Below, piece by piece: positions 61,001-64,000 of a DNA stretch of 64,000 bases. Under the pieces are notes generated by a model. That model worked only from the letters and a program-made list of their open reading frames with translations. It did not search any database and was not told the DNA's origin. The position numbers were made by a program, and so were the translations under genes. This stretch comes from Myxococcota bacterium (GTDB taxonomy: Bacteria; Myxococcota_A; Bradymonadia; UBA7976; UBA1532), in assembly GCA_036337435.1 (NCBI GenBank), contig JAYZEG010000030.1, positions 38,424 to 102,423 of the forward strand, written 5' to 3'. The first letter of the stretch is position 1; every line of letters begins with the position of its first letter.

Positions 61001-63146
61001 TGACAACAACACCATCACCGAAGACTGCGCGTACGGGCAGGCAAACTGCACCGTCTGTGCTGCGGATTGCACCGAGCAACCCGGCGCAACTCGCCTATGC
61101 GGCGATGGCACAGTCGACAGGCAAGATGGAGAGACCTGTGATGACAACAACACCGTCACAGAAGAGTGCGATTATGGAGAGCTCAACTGCACCATTTGTG
61201 CCGCTGACTGCACCGAACAGGCAGGAACACCCCAGTTTTGCGGCGATGGACGGGTCAATGGACCTGAACAATGTGACGATAACAACACCGAAACCGAAGA
61301 GTGCGACTACGGCCAATTCGCCTGTACGGTCTGTGCGGCTGATTGCACAGAACAACCAGGCCGCACCCGGCGGTGTGGCGACGGGGTTGTCGATGCGCAA
61401 GATGGCGAGACCTGTGACGACCAAAACCAGAACAGTAACGATGACTGTACAAATGAGTGCCAACTGCCAGCCTGCGATGACCAGATTCGAAACGGCCAAG
61501 AGAGCGATGTCGATTGCGGCGGCGCGTGCGAACCATGCCGTGACGATTTCATCTGTAATCAGAATGACGACTGTCAATCAAACCGCTGTGGCCCGCCATG
61601 CGGCGACATCCGCCAGTGTCCGACTGTCTGCCTACCTGCGCCAGTCTGTGGCAATGGCATAATCGAAGACGGCGAAGACTGCGATGACGGCAATGCGTTC
61701 ACGGAAGATTGCGCCTACGGCGACCAGAACTGCCAAGTATGCGATGCACGCTGCCAAACGGTCGATGGTCGAACCAGCTATTGCGGAGACGGTCGCGTGG
61801 ATGACGCCAATGGCGAGTCCTGTGACGACAATAACCAGAACAATGGCGATGAGTGCACCAATGCATGTACGCTGCCCGCCTGCGATGACCAAATCAGAAA
61901 CGGCCAAGAGAGCGATGTCGATTGCGGTGGCCCGTGCGAACCGTGCCGCGAAGGCGACCTGTGCAATGGACCCAATGACTGCGACACCAACCGTTGCGGC
62001 ATCGATGACGTGCAGCCAGGCGAGGTCATCGGTCCAGCAGACGCCGAATGCGATGCAGGCCAAGTCCAAGGCGGTGTAAACCAAGATGCCCAAGCCGCCA
62101 ATGGTGCTTTCGCCAATGATGAACGCCTTTTCGCAGTGGAATACAGGGTGCCTGATGGGGCCGACTTGGACATCGATGAAGTGGAATTCTACCTAGGACA
62201 GACCTTCGTTCAATCAGAAGTCTACCTGTTTACACACGATCCTAAGCTGGGCAGACCCGGTGAGCTAGTGGCGCGCGCGACATTTACGATACAACGCGAG
62301 GAAGACTGGCAGGGTGGCCGATTTGGCCGGGCAATTACACTGCAGGCGGGCTCCATTTACTGGCTTGGCCTTAAACTCATGGGGGGTCGTTCGTCCTTCG
62401 CTGTGGGCGGCGTCGGTGTCAACTACACGTCCAAGCTTGCGGATGGCGACCGATGGGACCGTGTATTTGAAGGCCCCATCATGGCCAGAGTTTCCCTCTG
62501 TGATGACGCGGTCGGTGCCGACTGCGATGCCGATGGCAACTGCCCTCAAGTCTGCCTGCCTCCGGCCGTTTGTGGAAACGGCATCATCGAGGGTGCTGAG
62601 ACCTGCGACGACGGCAATCTGAGAATTGAAAACTGCGATTATGGACAAGAGAGCTGCACTGTCTGTGACGACCAATGCCAGCAAATCAATGGGGCGACCA
62701 GCTTTTGTGGCGACGGCATTTTGGATGTCGCAAATGGGGAAGCATGCGATGACGGCGATGATAATGACGCCAATGGCTGCAATAACTCATGTGAAGAGCA
62801 AGTCGCTTGCCAAGGCTGTGAATGCGATGTCGACCGCTGTGTTGCAGGCGACGCACCAGCCGTCATCGACACCCTGAATTTCAATGGCATGACGTTTAGG
62901 CCCTTGGACCTAGATGAGTGCGTTCCAGGAGAAGGCAATTGCTGTCCCGGCAGTACGACCCAATCAAGCCTCGATGCGTTCTGTCGCTTGGCGGGCCATT
63001 GTCGGGCCATCGATTGGAGTGTTGAGGTATTACAAAGGGACAATTGCTACGGCTGGGGTGGGTGTACCCGCTGCACATGGTTTTCAAACTTCTGCTTTGG
63101 TGGGGCAACCGACCGACGGTATATCACCTCTGTGACCTGCCTCTAA
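58044..63146 (+). CDS. Giant Cys-rich lipoprotein with a PA14-like domain and myxobacterial Cys-rich (DUF4215-like) repeats
   Basis: Lipobox AGFGC, GGAGG SD; GDY.VGISGDEQARLMVNG (PA14-like); CGDG.V...E.CDDGN repeats; ETDVDCGG repeats. Confidence 0.82.
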   Translation: MKRLACLAILLAGFGCDGGGDSDGSNPDGTSSTDAVVSDGGQDAMNPGEDTGPANDGGALSDRGLVPTDSGMSPPDQMLDPDASTLEQCRAIGRCTPEGAWCEPAGSPECWRGESPQCFEPLHPLSRANCDQPAELMAGACVCPDGFDVAPGQDSCASVSSQRAVQHAISRPVCSGVQTSRYGTDGAHYEDTDGNPDNDRVISDRWGPQSPDDQTSGRLNQAGVWACDWQVRDQAGFEPFNEWIGFSHCLSTDTPGDYLVGISGDEQARLMVNGQLVFETPQGIDASRTWYIRRLSLPSGINTIEFHGLNTDSIGAIGGEIIGPFEPGSMATEAAQKAADYENNILFSTRSMVGTQFSLGDMTGWYCRNEGEVLNTCHAEPRCSTIERTACEMPPLVCPMGQHEVDGACVDNECTCAFGVPLLGADCPENGAPGCRACFEGYGLEEGVCVENVCTCENGVAAVSAACDQHNAEICLVCDDGYEMQNRRCEPWQCVCANGTAAEGAACPAEGDEFCLECDAGFHLDGAVCRENVCQCRNGQVDADAFCEFNNGDACQACDDGFYLEEGRCRPNLCQCENGNGAIGAACPANGDALCTECMNGFQLVDGACQPNQCVCINGVGAQGLDCPNPGRLQCESCDEGYRLEGRICVQSDCRCANGRPVSPDLCPGIGVNLCRDCNDGYTLVDGQCQANTCECVNGEPAVGELCLVEGEPVCINCDPGFVLEGDDCVAQQCACANGVASQGIQCPQAGAEHCQRCDEGYRLRDNRCELIPVPRCDDGIVNGTETDVDCGGECEPCGVGDECDGPNDCESDRCDHQCGDPDQCELTCQPAAVCGDSVVEDTETCDDGNAVTEDCAYGEINCTVCAADCTEQPGAIRLCGDGIVDPEEQCDDNNTVTEDCAYGEANCTVCAADCTEQPGVTHVCGEGTIDRDNGETCDDNNTITEDCAYGEANCTVCAADCTEQPGVTHVCGDGAVDRGDGETCDDNNTITEDCAYGQANCTVCAADCTEQPGATRLCGDGTVDRQDGETCDDNNTVTEECDYGELNCTICAADCTEQAGTPQFCGDGRVNGPEQCDDNNTETEECDYGQFACTVCAADCTEQPGRTRRCGDGVVDAQDGETCDDQNQNSNDDCTNECQLPACDDQIRNGQESDVDCGGACEPCRDDFICNQNDDCQSNRCGPPCGDIRQCPTVCLPAPVCGNGIIEDGEDCDDGNAFTEDCAYGDQNCQVCDARCQTVDGRTSYCGDGRVDDANGESCDDNNQNNGDECTNACTLPACDDQIRNGQESDVDCGGPCEPCREGDLCNGPNDCDTNRCGIDDVQPGEVIGPADAECDAGQVQGGVNQDAQAANGAFANDERLFAVEYRVPDGADLDIDEVEFYLGQTFVQSEVYLFTHDPKLGRPGELVARATFTIQREEDWQGGRFGRAITLQAGSIYWLGLKLMGGRSSFAVGGVGVNYTSKLADGDRWDRVFEGPIMARVSLCDDAVGADCDADGNCPQVCLPPAVCGNGIIEGAETCDDGNLRIENCDYGQESCTVCDDQCQQINGATSFCGDGILDVANGEACDDGDDNDANGCNNSCEEQVACQGCECDVDRCVAGDAPAVIDTLNFNGMTFRPLDLDECVPGEGNCCPGSTTQSSLDAFCRLAGHCRAIDWSVEVLQRDNCYGWGGCTRCTWFSNFCFGGATDRRYITSVTCL
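60546..61373 (+). repeat. Six tandem 135-141 bp in-frame repeats, highly similar at DNA level
   Basis: CDDNNTxTEDCAYGxxNCTVCAADCTEQPG units; for example gcaaactgcaccgtctgtgc recurs. Confidence 0.9.
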
Positions 63147-63372
63147 TAAACGTTTTATCCGTACCTCGTCCGACCCTGAAGACTATGCTCACGTTCCAAC
63201 TGATTGGTTAAAGGGACACGCTTTGTAGGCACCCGATGCTTGACCAGGGTGCAGCGATCATGTGTGATAGACGAGTTGAGTAGGTGCGCAACAGGCTCAG
63301 TCGTAAGAGAGTGCGCACTCAAACGCTTTGCCAAACCCATTGGACTCTGACTCCAGACAAGGAGACACGATC

Positions 63373-63933
63373 ATGAAATCGACGCTGCTGATATTGGCTT
63401 TTGGCTTGAGCCTATTGTTCTGGGGCTGTGATGACAGCAGTCCCGGCCCGACAGACCGAGCCGATCTCGGTGGGGGCGGTGTCGGTGGCACCGCTGGAAC
63501 GGGAGCAGACGATGTCGATGCAACAACTGGAACGGGCGCTGGCGGCATAGGCGGCAGTGCTGGGACAGGTGCTGGCGGTGTCGGTGGCACAGCTGGGACC
63601 GGTGCTGGCGGCATTGGTGGAACTGCTGGAATGGGCGCCGGTGGCGTTGGCGGAACCAGGCCTGAACCAGACGACGACCTCGACGGCGTGGCGAACCGAA
63701 TCGACAATTGTCCCAATCTGGCAAACGCGGACCAAGCGGATGCAGACGGCGACAACGCAGGCGATGCCTGCGACGCCCAGCCCAATGTCTTCAATTACAG
63801 ACTACAGGGCCAACTCTTGTTTTTGAGCGGCATGGGCGTAGACATGAATCACACCCTCAAAGGAGGAGCCAGCAGCGGCGCGCACCAGAGTACATCGGAG
63901 AACTATCAGCTCAAAGGGCAGCTCTCGCCCTAA
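63373..63933 (+). CDS. Lipoprotein with a Gly-rich 11-aa repeat linker and a thrombospondin type 3 repeat
   Basis: Lipobox FWGC, AGGAG SD; GGVGGTAGTGA repeats; [24 protein letters not shown]. Confidence 0.82.
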   Translation: MKSTLLILAFGLSLLFWGCDDSSPGPTDRADLGGGGVGGTAGTGADDVDATTGTGAGGIGGSAGTGAGGVGGTAGTGAGGIGGTAGMGAGGVGGTRPEPDDDLDGVANRIDNCPNLANADQADADGDNAGDACDAQPNVFNYRLQGQLLFLSGMGVDMNHTLKGGASSGAHQSTSENYQLKGQLSP

Positions 63934-63939
63934 TTAATC

Positions 63940-64000
63940 TCAGCGCTCCCCATCGCCCGCTGGTTCTCCCATGGGGCGGTTGTCATCGTCATCGTCTCTG
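63940..64000 (-). CDS. 3' end of a gene entering from the right edge
   Basis: Minus-strand frame ...RDDDDNRPMGEPAGDGER* ending just after the convergent lipoprotein stop. Confidence 0.4.
   Translation of the reverse strand, partial: RDDDDDNRPMGEPAGDGER

Noticed and set aside
60546..61373. Regular repeats with variable intervening sequence as a CRISPR array
   Set aside because: Units are in-frame multiples of three encoding Cys repeats, vary at synonymous sites, and no cas genes are present.
55142..63794. Numerous long minus-strand and alternate-frame ORFs over the Cys-rich genes
   Set aside because: Shadow ORFs produced by repetitive, biased codon usage; unlike the nested thioesterase they show no family motifs.

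Overview
A gene-dense chromosomal segment of roughly 50-55% GC (judged by eye) with no tRNA, rRNA, CRISPR array or mobile element that I could recognise. A MYXO-CTERM-like tail and myxobacterial Cys-rich repeats suggest a Myxococcota-like deltaproteobacterium (inference). Main content, left to right: a DEDD exonuclease/thioredoxin/ArsA-pair operon with a divergent ferritin-like gene; fxsA-argC-rpsI-rplM; a NagZ-like GH3 protein that has lost its catalytic Asp-His dyad; and a GbsR/MarR regulator with a perfect 22-bp palindrome, divergent from a tightly coupled menaquinone operon (menF-menD-menA-menC-menE-polyprenyl synthase-aroF-ubiE). Further on are an orphan flagellin and a second flagellin paralogue with degenerate termini, a ZIP/His-rich/DUF318 permease, a lipoprotein S1 protease with four Trp-rich repeats, a short RNase J, a peptide ABC transporter, an APC-USP permease, and three Cys-rich/TSP3 surface proteins. 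The most striking structure is a complete hot-dog thioesterase gene (probable DHNA-CoA hydrolase) nested antisense inside a stop-free 153-codon 3' extension of menE; that extension ends overlapping the probable start of the next gene. All product calls come from motif recognition by eye; no database search was run.
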